A DNA stretch of 64,000 nucleotides, from assembly GCA_044440125.1 (NCBI GenBank), contig JBITAJ010000004.1, forward strand, positions 1-64,000, read 5' to 3'. A model generated the notes under the pieces. It saw nothing but the letters and a program-made list of their open reading frames with translations, had not been told where the DNA came from and ran no database searches. The translations under genes were made by a program, and so were the position numbers. This document shows, piece after piece, positions 1 through 8,266 of this stretch (position 1 is its first letter; every line of letters starts with the position of its first letter). Source of the DNA: Sedimentisphaeraceae bacterium JB056 (GTDB taxonomy: Bacteria > Planctomycetota > Phycisphaerae > Sedimentisphaerales > Sedimentisphaeraceae).

Positions 1-60
1 GAGCAGAATATATCAAGGCACTCACTTTTGCGATTATAAATGGATCTACAACTATTAAAT

Positions 61-71
61 TTTTAAAGAAC
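61..71 (-). promoter_or_regulatory. boxA-like antitermination motif (GTTCTTTAAAA)
   Basis: Matches the Nus boxA consensus GYTCTTTAANA; lies ~55 nt downstream of the promoter at 128-155 and after a GCGTC/GACGC hairpin (106-125). Confidence 0.45.
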
Positions 72-127
72 TTTCCCGTGTCAGACAAAAGCAAGAATCA
101 TTGCTGCGTCCAACACAAGAGACGCAA

Positions 128-155
128 AATATAAAGATTTCGGCCAAACTGTCAA
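128..155 (-). promoter_or_regulatory. sigma70-type promoter firing leftward out of the window (TTGACA-16 nt-TATATT) with A-rich upstream element
   Basis: Minus strand reads TTGACA (155-150) gtttggccgaaatctt TATATT (133-128); long A tracts lie upstream (about 176-195). Confidence 0.55.
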
Positions 156-270
156 GAGGTATTTGAAATAAGTTTCTGTTTTTTTTTGTCTTTTGCCGGC
201 AAACAGTGTTTCTGACAAATCAAATAAAAAACAAATCACACATAAAGCCCTTTTATAAAAAGACTTAAAC

Positions 271-1074
271 TCAACACCCCAAACTATTGACTCCCAAAGG
301 CACAGAATGATTATTTTTACAATTATTTCTGTACTTTTTCGGACTGCACTTCTTTATCTCTTTAAACTTACGGCTGAAATAATACTCATCATAGAATTTC
401 AACTGGAATGCTATTTCTTTAATATTGAGTTGAGAATGTTCAAGAAGATAGCACGCAGCATCAATCTTAAGCTTGAGCAAATATTTTATAGGAGTGATAT
501 TATACTTCTGTTTGAAGACCCTTATGAGATAAGATTTGTCAAAACCCATTTTTTCGGCTATCTCATCAAGCCCAACCTTATCATAAGTACTTCTGTGAAG
601 AATATCCAAAAGACTTGAGGCAAGATCGTTGCTCTCAGCGACATAATTTTTACTGTTGTTGGCAACGAGTTCATAAAGCAATGATGCAAAAAGGTGCTCA
701 GAAGACTTTATTATACTGAGATTCTCAGTTCTTGATTTCTGTATTATCCTGCCAAACTCAGAGAAAACAGTTCTGTCGAGCATTAGATGGTCATGCTTTT
801 GAAAAACACCATCGACCGATTCCTTGAGATTATTATCCATATCTTCGAACTCAAAGCCTATATAATAGAAATCAGTGAGTCCCTCGTCACTACTGCAGCA
901 ATGTTTCTCAAAGGGCCGGGAATATGTCAGCATACCTGTAGCTATCTGCCTCTGCTGCTGCTCATTCTCATATAGCCCTTGTCCGGATATGAAGAGATGT
1001 ATTTCCCATTGATCTTCATGGTGATGTTTCCAGAAACCCTCGCCAGAACCATAGCCTGCGTCTTTGATCTTCAT
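271..1074 (-). CDS. AraC family transcriptional regulator (N-terminal cupin ligand-binding domain + AraC HTH)
   Basis: HHHEDQWEIHLFISGQG cupin motif; C-terminal LLEHSQLNIKEIAFQLKFYDEYYFSRKFKEIKKCSPKKYR AraC signature. ATG at 1074 chosen because it is preceded by AAAGGTG. Confidence 0.9.
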   Translation of the reverse strand: MKIKDAGYGSGEGFWKHHHEDQWEIHLFISGQGLYENEQQQRQIATGMLTYSRPFEKHCCSSDEGLTDFYYIGFEFEDMDNNLKESVDGVFQKHDHLMLDRTVFSEFGRIIQKSRTENLSIIKSSEHLFASLLYELVANNSKNYVAESNDLASSLLDILHRSTYDKVGLDEIAEKMGFDKSYLIRVFKQKYNITPIKYLLKLKIDAACYLLEHSQLNIKEIAFQLKFYDEYYFSRKFKEIKKCSPKKYRNNCKNNHSVPLGVNSLGC

Positions 1075-1100
1075 TTTTTCACCTTTTCCTGTACGTCCAA

Positions 1101-1127
1101 ACTCAGGCTTATAGAAAAAGCCTGAGT
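1101..1127. promoter_or_regulatory. Perfect 10-bp inverted repeat (ACTCAGGCTT-7nt-AAGCCTGAGT) in the araC/oxidoreductase divergent region
   Basis: Seen directly in the sequence; function unknown. Confidence 0.4.
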
Positions 1128-1265
1128 AATGCAATTTTAATTTTCAAACCACATTCCTTAACCAATGTCGATATATTACATCCCTTAACGCATTTAATCA
1201 ATGTTTTTTGGCATTTTTTCTGCTATTATTTAATTTTTACTACAAAATCATTAATCAGAGGCAAA

Positions 1266-2297
1266 ATGACTACAAACAAAATAAAAGCAGTTCTGGTTGG
1301 CTGCGGCGGAATCGCATCTGTATGGGTAGATGCAATTAACGAATTTGATGATGTAGAAATTATCGGCGTTGTTGATACCAATCCAGACTCTGCTGAAAAG
1401 ATGAGTGAAAAAAGCAAAGACTCCCCAATATGTTATAAAGATATAGATAAAGCCCTCAAAGAGCAATCACCACAAGCGGTATTTGACTGCACACCTCCTG
1501 AGATACACAAGACAGTGGCTCAAAAGGCATTTGAGAACGGTTGCCATCTTCTGGGTGAAAAACCTATAAGCACCGATATTGCTTCTGCGAAAAAAATGGT
1601 GGAGCAAGCCAATAATGCCGGAGTAACATATGCGGTAATTCAAAACCGCAGGTATGACAAAAACATAATCACCTGCCGTGATACCATCAAATCAGGCTGT
1701 ATCGGCAAGATTACAACGGTAAACGCTGACTTTTATATAGGTGCTCATTTCGGGGGCTTCAGGGATCAAATGGCTAACGTATTATTAGCTGATATGGCCA
1801 TACATACCTTTGATCAAGCCAGATTTCTTGCTGACTGTGATCCGGTCTCAGTATATTGCCACCAATGGAACCCTGAAGGTTCATGGTACAAAGGCGACGC
1901 CTCGGCAATAGCAATATTCGAAATGACAAAAGGCATAGTATTTACATATCGGGGAAGCTGGTGCAGCGAAGGCATGAACACCACTTGGGAATCAGACTGG
2001 CGGATAATCGGTACCAAAGGCAGCATACTATGGGATGGGGCAGAAAATTTAAGAGGTGAAAAGGCAGACGGCAATGAAGGCTTCACATATCCTCAAAAAC
2101 CTCTCGAAATACAAGAAACAGAAATAGCACACGCCGGTCATGGGGGTGTGATACGTGAATTTATCGACTGCATAAAGAGCGGACAGAAACCGCAAACGAT
2201 ATGCGATGATAATATCAAAAGCTTCGCGATGGTAGAGGCGGCTATAAAGAGCGCTGAAACAGGCAAAAAAATATTCATAAAAGACATCTTAAGATAA
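1266..2297 (+). CDS. Gfo/Idh/MocA family NAD(P)-dependent oxidoreductase
   Basis: VGCGGIA Rossmann motif, GEKP motif, DMAIHTFD catalytic segment. Confidence 0.92.
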   Translation: MTTNKIKAVLVGCGGIASVWVDAINEFDDVEIIGVVDTNPDSAEKMSEKSKDSPICYKDIDKALKEQSPQAVFDCTPPEIHKTVAQKAFENGCHLLGEKPISTDIASAKKMVEQANNAGVTYAVIQNRRYDKNIITCRDTIKSGCIGKITTVNADFYIGAHFGGFRDQMANVLLADMAIHTFDQARFLADCDPVSVYCHQWNPEGSWYKGDASAIAIFEMTKGIVFTYRGSWCSEGMNTTWESDWRIIGTKGSILWDGAENLRGEKADGNEGFTYPQKPLEIQETEIAHAGHGGVIREFIDCIKSGQKPQTICDDNIKSFAMVEAAIKSAETGKKIFIKDILR

Positions 2298-2308
2298 GCG
2301 ATAAAAAA

Positions 2309-3391
2309 ATGACAAATTTAAGCTGGAAAGAAAACTGGAAGGATACTGCTGAAAGATTCAAAAAATGGTGGAAACAAGAAGGTTTCTTGCTTGGTGAATG
2401 GACCCCCTCTATCGTACGTTCAGACAGACACGAACAATACTTTAATAGTATCGAAACCTGCACTCTAAAACAACAAATGATTGACAGCAGTTGGCGAAGC
2501 AAAAACTATCACAATTTTCTCGCGCAAAGAGATTTCGCTGCTGACGTTTTACCGATTGCAGATACAGATCTTGGTCCCGGTTCATTATGTTTATACCTTG
2601 GATGTGAGCCTTTGTTTACAGAAGAAACTATCTGGTACGAACACTTAAAAGACGATATGATACAAAATGGGCAAATTATATTTGACCAAACAAATAAATG
2701 GTGGCAACTACAATGCGAAATAATCCAAAGCTTTATTGAAAAATGTCAAGGCAAGTACGCTGTTGGAATACCTGATTTAGTTGAAGGTGTTGACACTCTT
2801 GCATCTATGAGAGGAACGGAAAATCTTCTTATGGATATGATTGAAAAGCCTGCCTGGGTTCTTGAAAAATTAGAAGAACTGCATATTGCCTACTTTGAAG
2901 TTTATAACCGTATATATGACCTGGTTAAACTCGAAGACGGCAGCAGTTTTTTTAATGCGTTTAGATTATGGGCTCCGGGTAAAGTGGCAAAAATCCAATG
3001 CGATACCTCTACAATGCTTTCTCCTGATATGTTTGGACAATTTGTAATTCCATACATCACTCGTCAATGCGAAACCATACATAAAACACTTTATCATCTT
3101 GATGGCACTCAAAGTATTATGCATCTTGATCAATTGCTTGAAATTGAACAACTCGACGCTATTGAATGGACTCCGCAAGCAGGCATTGAAAGTGGAGGAG
3201 ACCCAAGATGGTATGACCTTTACAAAAGGATTCTTGACGCAGGTAAATCAGTACAGGCTGTTGCGGTTCGTTCTGAAGAAGTCATTCCACTTATTGATGC
3301 AGTGGGTGCTAAAGGGATGTATATTTTAACTGCATTTGAGAATCGAAAACAAGCAGAGAATTTGCATAATCAAGTTTTGAAACGTATATAA
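2309..3391 (+). CDS. Uroporphyrinogen decarboxylase / MtaA-CmuA methyltransferase fold protein ('trimethylamine corrinoid protein 2'-like)
   Basis: DTLASMRGTENLLMDM, QCDTSTMLSPDMFGQFVIP and YHLDG motifs typical of the URO-D-like TIM barrel family. Confidence 0.7.
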   Translation: MTNLSWKENWKDTAERFKKWWKQEGFLLGEWTPSIVRSDRHEQYFNSIETCTLKQQMIDSSWRSKNYHNFLAQRDFAADVLPIADTDLGPGSLCLYLGCEPLFTEETIWYEHLKDDMIQNGQIIFDQTNKWWQLQCEIIQSFIEKCQGKYAVGIPDLVEGVDTLASMRGTENLLMDMIEKPAWVLEKLEELHIAYFEVYNRIYDLVKLEDGSSFFNAFRLWAPGKVAKIQCDTSTMLSPDMFGQFVIPYITRQCETIHKTLYHLDGTQSIMHLDQLLEIEQLDAIEWTPQAGIESGGDPRWYDLYKRILDAGKSVQAVAVRSEEVIPLIDAVGAKGMYILTAFENRKQAENLHNQVLKRI

Positions 3392-3489
3392 ATTGGTAAC
3401 GATACTGTCGCTATTGAATACTGCAAGCCATTGGTTTTATAATAAACAGTTCAATAATAGCTGTATCAAAATTAAAAAGGAATTGAAAA

Positions 3490-4143
3490 TTGAAAAAAGC
3501 ATTATTCGTATGGGGCGGCTGGGATGGCCATGAACCAAAACAATGTATCGAAAAAGTAAGCAGTGAACTTGCGAAAAGAGGATTTGAAACAGTTATCTCC
3601 GATACTCTTGAGAGCTATCTTGATGCGGAGCTGATGGCAAGTGTTGATCTGATCGTGCAATGCGTTACGATGAGCGAAATCACAAGTGAACAAAGCAAGG
3701 CGTTGCGTGATGCGGTCAAAGGCGGCGTTGGCTTCGGCGGCTGGCACGGTGGAATGTGCGATTCGTTCAGAAACGATACCGAGTACCAGTTTATGACAGG
3801 CGGTCAGTGGGTAGTTCATCCCGGCGGAGACAAAGCCGCTTATACTGTCAATATCCTGGATAAAAACGACCCTATAATTGACGGAGTCAAGGATTTCGAG
3901 ATTACCTCAGAGCAATATTACATGCACGTTGATCCGGGCGTTGAAGTGTTGGCAACAACAACATTCAGCGGACAATATGAAGGCATTGACTGGATAAAAG
4001 ATGTCGTCATGCCGATGATATGGAAGAAAATGTACGGCAAAGGAAAAGTATTCTATTCGGGACTCGGGCATGTTGCAAAAGACTTTGACGTACCTGAAGT
4101 AATGGAAACAATCCTTCGCGGCCTGGAATGGGCGGCGAAATAA
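3490..4143 (+). CDS. ThuA-like (trehalose utilisation, class I GATase-like fold) protein
   Basis: WGGWDGHEP, GFGGWHGG, GGQWVVHP, SEQYY and YGKGKVFYSGLGH motifs; TTG start after AAAGGA. Confidence 0.85.
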   Translation: MKKALFVWGGWDGHEPKQCIEKVSSELAKRGFETVISDTLESYLDAELMASVDLIVQCVTMSEITSEQSKALRDAVKGGVGFGGWHGGMCDSFRNDTEYQFMTGGQWVVHPGGDKAAYTVNILDKNDPIIDGVKDFEITSEQYYMHVDPGVEVLATTTFSGQYEGIDWIKDVVMPMIWKKMYGKGKVFYSGLGHVAKDFDVPEVMETILRGLEWAAK

Positions 4144-4169
4144 TTAACAATTGAAAATTGAGAATTGAA
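4142..4169 (+). repeat. Tandem AATTGAA-type heptamers at a gene junction (AATTAAC AATTGAA AATTGAG AATTGAA)
   Basis: Four adjacent 7-mers; two more copies at 3481-3494 and one at 5239-5245, all at gene boundaries. Confidence 0.55.
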
Positions 4170-4170
4170 A

Positions 4171-5244
4171 ATGACAAAAATTAAAACTGCTATAATAGGT
4201 TGCGGAAATATAAGTGATATATACTTTAAGAATCTTAAGACATTTGACAATATAGACCTCGTTTGCTGCGCTGATTTGGTAGAGGAAAAAGCCAAAGTTC
4301 AAGCCGAGAAATACGAAGTAAGCTGCTGCTCGGTTGAGGATATAATGGCAAACAGTGAAATTGGAATTATTGTCAACCTCACCACGCCACAGGGACACTA
4401 CCCTGTAGCCAAAGCCGCACTTGAGAATGGCCACAGCGTCTATAATGAAAAGCCGCTTGCAATGAGCATTGAGCAGGGCAAGGAATTGATTGCTCTTGCC
4501 GATGCTAAGAATTTGAAGCTTGGCGGAGCTCCTGACACGTTCATGGGTGCGGGTCTACAAACCTGCCGTAAGTTAATTGATGAGGGAGCTATCGGCACAC
4601 CGCTTTCTTTTGTCGCGTTTATGATGTGCGGCGGACATGAAAGCTGGCATCCTGCTCCTGAATTCTACTATAAAACCGGCGGCGGGCCCCTTTTAGACAT
4701 GGGTCCATACTACCTTACCGCCCTTGCGAATCTTCTTGGAAAATTCGACAGTGTTCAATGCGCAGCAAGTACACCTCACAAACAACGAACGATTACAAGC
4801 GAACCTAAGAACGGCGAAATAATCGACGTTGAAACTCCAACACATATCAACGGACTTATCACCTGCAAAAACGGAGCGATAGGCACACTGATAACAAGCT
4901 TTGACGTGCAAAAACACTCAATGCCAAATATTGAGATATACGGCACAGAAGGTTCTATAACCGTACCGGACCCTAACTGCTTTGACGGCAAAGTCAAACT
5001 GTTCAAGAAAGGTGAGAAAGAGTGGTCGGAGATTGAATTAGTGAAAGACTATCAAGAAAACAGCCGCGGGCTTGGTGTCAGCGATATGGCAAATGCAATA
5101 ATCAACGGCGGCGACTTCAGGGCCGACCACAGAATAACATACCATGTATTAGAAACAATGTATGCACTGCTTGAAGCAGGAGAAACCGGACAGAAAGTGG
5201 ATATTGTTTCTGAATGTGAAAAACCTGCGAAATTTTACAATTGA
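4171..5244 (+). CDS. Gfo/Idh/MocA family oxidoreductase
   Basis: IGCGNIS, YNEKPL, GGAPDTF, GHESWHPAPEFYY and GGGPLLDMGPYY motifs. Confidence 0.92.
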   Translation: MTKIKTAIIGCGNISDIYFKNLKTFDNIDLVCCADLVEEKAKVQAEKYEVSCCSVEDIMANSEIGIIVNLTTPQGHYPVAKAALENGHSVYNEKPLAMSIEQGKELIALADAKNLKLGGAPDTFMGAGLQTCRKLIDEGAIGTPLSFVAFMMCGGHESWHPAPEFYYKTGGGPLLDMGPYYLTALANLLGKFDSVQCAASTPHKQRTITSEPKNGEIIDVETPTHINGLITCKNGAIGTLITSFDVQKHSMPNIEIYGTEGSITVPDPNCFDGKVKLFKKGEKEWSEIELVKDYQENSRGLGVSDMANAIINGGDFRADHRITYHVLETMYALLEAGETGQKVDIVSECEKPAKFYN

Positions 5245-5260
5245 AAGAAATAAACAAATC

Positions 5261-6205
5261 ATGGATTATTCAAAAGAAGATATAAGAATCGGCACACTGG
5301 TTAATCGCGGTGCAGATAGTCCCGAGTATATAAAGCAGATTTTACCGCACGGCTTTGAATCATTCAGCCTCACTTTCTGGCAGACATCGCAGGGTATCGA
5401 TTGGCAAAAACTCAGCGATGAAGTCAATGCAACACTCGAAGGCAGCGGTGCTGTAATTTCATCTTTAGCAGTTTTCGGCAATCCGCTTGAAACTGACGAA
5501 ATAGACTTAGAGACACTGCAAAGCTGGAAAGACTGCATTGATAACGCACATCTTTTTGGCTGCGACATTGTCGCCGGTTTTACAGGCCGCCTCAGAGGAC
5601 GACCAATACACGAATCACTGCCGCGATTCAAGGAAATCTGGTCGGAGCTTGCGGCACGTGCCAAAGACAATAACATCCGTATTGCATTTGAAAACTGCGA
5701 TATGGGAGGTACATGGCAGGACGGCGACTGGAACATTGCACACAATCCACTTGCGTGGGAAATGATGTTCAACGAAGTACCAAGCACCAATCTTGGGCTG
5801 GAATGGGAACCTTGCCACCAGATGGTAAGCCTGATCGATCCTATGCCTCAACTTAGGCAGTGGATTGATAAAATATTCCACGTTCACGGCAAAGACGCTA
5901 CTATACATTGGGATGTTGTTCGCAAGTATGGTGTGCATTCCGCGGTGCATGAAGATATAGCACTGGAAACGGAAAAACAGTTTGCCCCGCAATTTGTCTA
6001 TCACCGCACACCCGGCTTTGGCGACAGTAACTGGACGGATATCATCAGCGATCTCCGCAAAGGCGGCTTCAAGGGTTCAATCGACATCGAAGGCTGGCAC
6101 GACCCTGTTTACAAAGATGAGCTTGAAATGACAGGACAGGTACACGCCCTGAACTACCTTAAAAAATGTCGTGGTGGAAGCTACGTAGAAAACCCAACCG
6201 TTTAA
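5261..6205 (+). CDS. Sugar phosphate isomerase/epimerase (xylose-isomerase-like TIM barrel, IolE-like)
   Basis: Metal-binding motifs FENCDM, LEWEPCH, HVHGKD, RTPGFGD and IDIEG; ATG at 5261 just after the preceding stop. Confidence 0.88.
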   Translation: MDYSKEDIRIGTLVNRGADSPEYIKQILPHGFESFSLTFWQTSQGIDWQKLSDEVNATLEGSGAVISSLAVFGNPLETDEIDLETLQSWKDCIDNAHLFGCDIVAGFTGRLRGRPIHESLPRFKEIWSELAARAKDNNIRIAFENCDMGGTWQDGDWNIAHNPLAWEMMFNEVPSTNLGLEWEPCHQMVSLIDPMPQLRQWIDKIFHVHGKDATIHWDVVRKYGVHSAVHEDIALETEKQFAPQFVYHRTPGFGDSNWTDIISDLRKGGFKGSIDIEGWHDPVYKDELEMTGQVHALNYLKKCRGGSYVENPTV

Positions 6206-6223
6206 TCAGTCAGGAATACACAA

Positions 6224-7384
6224 ATGAACCGTAAACTTAGAATGGGCATGGTAGGCGGCGGGCCTGACGCTTTCATAGGTGATGTGCACCGCAAAGCCGC
6301 GAGACTTGATGGCGGCATTGATATTGTCGCCGGTGCTTTTAGCTCTAACGCTGAAAAATCTAAACAGATGGGCAGAGAGCTTTGCCTCGACCCATCTCGC
6401 GCGTATGAAAGCTACCAGAAAATGATTGAAGCTGAACTTAAATTACCCAGCAATGAGCGGATTGATTTTGTTTCAATTGTAACGCCGAATAATTCGCATT
6501 TTCCGATAGCAAAGGCTTTTCTTGAAGCAGGTTTTGATGTCGTATGCGACAAACCGGTAACAATATCGCTGGATGAGGCTAAGCAGCTCAAGCAGATTAT
6601 CGAAGAAAACGACAGACTATTCTGCCTCACCCACAACTACACCGGCTACCCGATGGTTAAGCTGGCACGCAGCATGGTACACAATGGCGATATAGGCAAA
6701 GTACTGAAGGTCGTAGTGCAATACCCGCAAGGCTGGCTTGCCAAACCACTGGAACTTGAAGGGGCTAAGCAGGCTCAGTGGAGAACCAACCCTGAAATCA
6801 GCGGCCCGGCCGGTTGCCTTGGTGATATAGGTACGCACACGGCAAATCTTGCTGAATATGTCTGCGGAGCTAATATCCTTGAAGTTTGTGCCGAGCTTAC
6901 AACATTCGTTGAAGGTAGAGCATTAGACGATGATGTGAGTTGTTTGTTACACTTTGAGGGCGGCGCAAAGGGTCTTCTATTTGCAAGCCAAATATCAGTT
7001 GGTAAAGAAAACGACCTTGCGATATGGGTGCATGGTACAGATGGCAGTATCCAGTGGCATCAGGAAAACCCAAACTATCTTGAAGTGGTTAAAATCTCGG
7101 AGCCACCGGTAGTATGGGCCAGGGGCAATGATTACGTAACCGAAAAATCTCCGGCTGCCGCAAGAGCCACGCGGCTGCCATTCGGACATCCCGAAGGGTT
7201 CATCGAAGCGTTTGCGAATGTGTATTGCAACTTTGCCGATACATTGAGAGCACGAATCAACAAAACTGCACCCGACAAGCTTATGACCGATTATCCGGGC
7301 ATCAACGAAGGTGTACAGGGAATGGCGTTTATCGAAGCGGTGATTAAAAGCTCCAAAAACAACCAACAATGGCAACAGCTATAA
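6224..7384 (+). CDS. Gfo/Idh/MocA family oxidoreductase
   Basis: GMVGGGPDAFIG, CDKP, HNYTGYPMV, GDIGTH and RLPFGHPEGFIEAFAN motifs. Confidence 0.92.
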   Translation: MNRKLRMGMVGGGPDAFIGDVHRKAARLDGGIDIVAGAFSSNAEKSKQMGRELCLDPSRAYESYQKMIEAELKLPSNERIDFVSIVTPNNSHFPIAKAFLEAGFDVVCDKPVTISLDEAKQLKQIIEENDRLFCLTHNYTGYPMVKLARSMVHNGDIGKVLKVVVQYPQGWLAKPLELEGAKQAQWRTNPEISGPAGCLGDIGTHTANLAEYVCGANILEVCAELTTFVEGRALDDDVSCLLHFEGGAKGLLFASQISVGKENDLAIWVHGTDGSIQWHQENPNYLEVVKISEPPVVWARGNDYVTEKSPAAARATRLPFGHPEGFIEAFANVYCNFADTLRARINKTAPDKLMTDYPGINEGVQGMAFIEAVIKSSKNNQQWQQL

Positions 7385-7464
7385 TACAGCGTTTTGTAAA
7401 ATCAAAAAAGCGGCGTTCACCATAAATGAACGCCGCTTTTATTTTTTACTTATTTATCTACTTA
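7345..7464 (+). repeat. ~120-bp direct repeat, copy 1 (oxidoreductase 3' end + terminator + aconitase-stop remnant)
   Basis: Aligns by eye to 8146-8266 with about 15 differences (roughly 85-90% identity). Confidence 0.9.
7404..7447. terminator. Bidirectional rho-independent terminator
   Basis: AAAAGCGGCGTTCA-ccataaa-TGAACGCCGCTTTT, a 14-bp perfect stem with A/T tracts on both sides, between convergent genes. Confidence 0.85.
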
Positions 7465-7482
7465 CCTAACAGTATTAAATAT

Positions 7483-7965
7483 CTACCAAGTTAGAATAAT
7501 TTCTACTGTCTCCCCGTTAGTAACAGTTATTTTTTTTGTTACAAGACCACCCTGCTTAACCATAGAATAACCAGCAGGAATTTCCCATAGAACATTTGTT
7601 GTCAAATAATAATCACCCGGTGGAACATCTTTGAATGTAAAGCGACCATCAGCATCAGCAACTTTTGTATATATATAATCCGAGTAAAGCGGATCTGGCT
7701 CAGTCATTGGTTTCTTCTCTTTATATGCCACATTATACCACTGCTTGCTATAAGATGTTATTGGATTAAGAAAAACATCTTGACCAGCAGCTGTTTTAAT
7801 ATCTCCACCTCTGGTTCTAAGAAACGCCTGCCCTACAACTACGCCCGTACCCTCTTTTTGTAAAGAATTGTATTCTGATACAGGAAAAGGTATTCGCTGT
7901 ACTGGTTTTACTGCACACCCCTGAATAAGCAGAGTTGCAATCAAAACTATAAATAATCTAATCAT
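7483..7965 (-). CDS. Lipoprotein with carboxypeptidase-regulatory-like (transthyretin/prealbumin-like) beta-sandwich domain
   Basis: ATG at 7965 after AAAAGGAG; lipobox LIQG-C; GQAFLRTRGGDIKTAAG and ADADGRFTFKDVPPGDYYL motifs. Confidence 0.75.
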   Translation of the reverse strand: MIRLFIVLIATLLIQGCAVKPVQRIPFPVSEYNSLQKEGTGVVVGQAFLRTRGGDIKTAAGQDVFLNPITSYSKQWYNVAYKEKKPMTEPDPLYSDYIYTKVADADGRFTFKDVPPGDYYLTTNVLWEIPAGYSMVKQGGLVTKKITVTNGETVEIILTW

Positions 7966-8145
7966 GCTTTTACTCCTTTTCTTTTTTCTGTTCATCAATT
8001 AAGATAACTGCTTTAATCCTAATTCTGCAATCAATATCTATGTAATTTTAGCTTAACGCAATTGATACAACTAAAAGTAAACAACAATCACAATACTTCG
8101 TAGAATTATATGTGAATCACAAACAATTTGCAATTCAATTGCGTC

Positions 8146-8266
8146 TAAAAAGCTCCGAAAACAACCAACAATGGCAACGTCTATAATATAGCGACTTGAA
8201 CATTAAAAAAGCGGCGTTCACAAAAAATGAACGTCGCTTCTATTTTTTTACTTATTTATCTACTTA
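8146..8266 (+). repeat. ~120-bp direct repeat, copy 2 (degenerate oxidoreductase 3' end + terminator + true aconitase stop)
   Basis: Still reads KSSENNQQWQRL-stop versus KSSKNNQQWQQL-stop of the gene ending at 7384. Confidence 0.9.
8205..8249. terminator. Rho-independent terminator downstream of aconitase (second copy)
   Basis: AAGCGGCGTTCA-caaaaaa-TGAACGTCGCTT with flanking A/T tracts. Confidence 0.75.

Noticed and set aside
44..71. Minus-strand GTTCTTTAAAAATTTAATAGTTGTAGAT resembles the 3' end of a Cas12a CRISPR repeat
   Set aside because: Single copy, lacks the TCTAC arm needed for the repeat hairpin, no spacers or cas genes; better explained as boxA in an AT-rich leader.
1075..1134. N-terminal extension of the AraC ORF given by the ORF track (similar extensions at 5162, 7998, 22179, 25723, 34100, 38897, 57404 and 60900)
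   Set aside because: Downstream starts have better RBSs, restore signal peptides at the N-terminus, or avoid long overlaps with neighbouring genes.
7465..8145. Insertion sequence or MITE as the explanation for the islet
   Set aside because: No transposase or terminal inverted repeats seen, and 120-bp flanking repeats are far longer than a target-site duplication.
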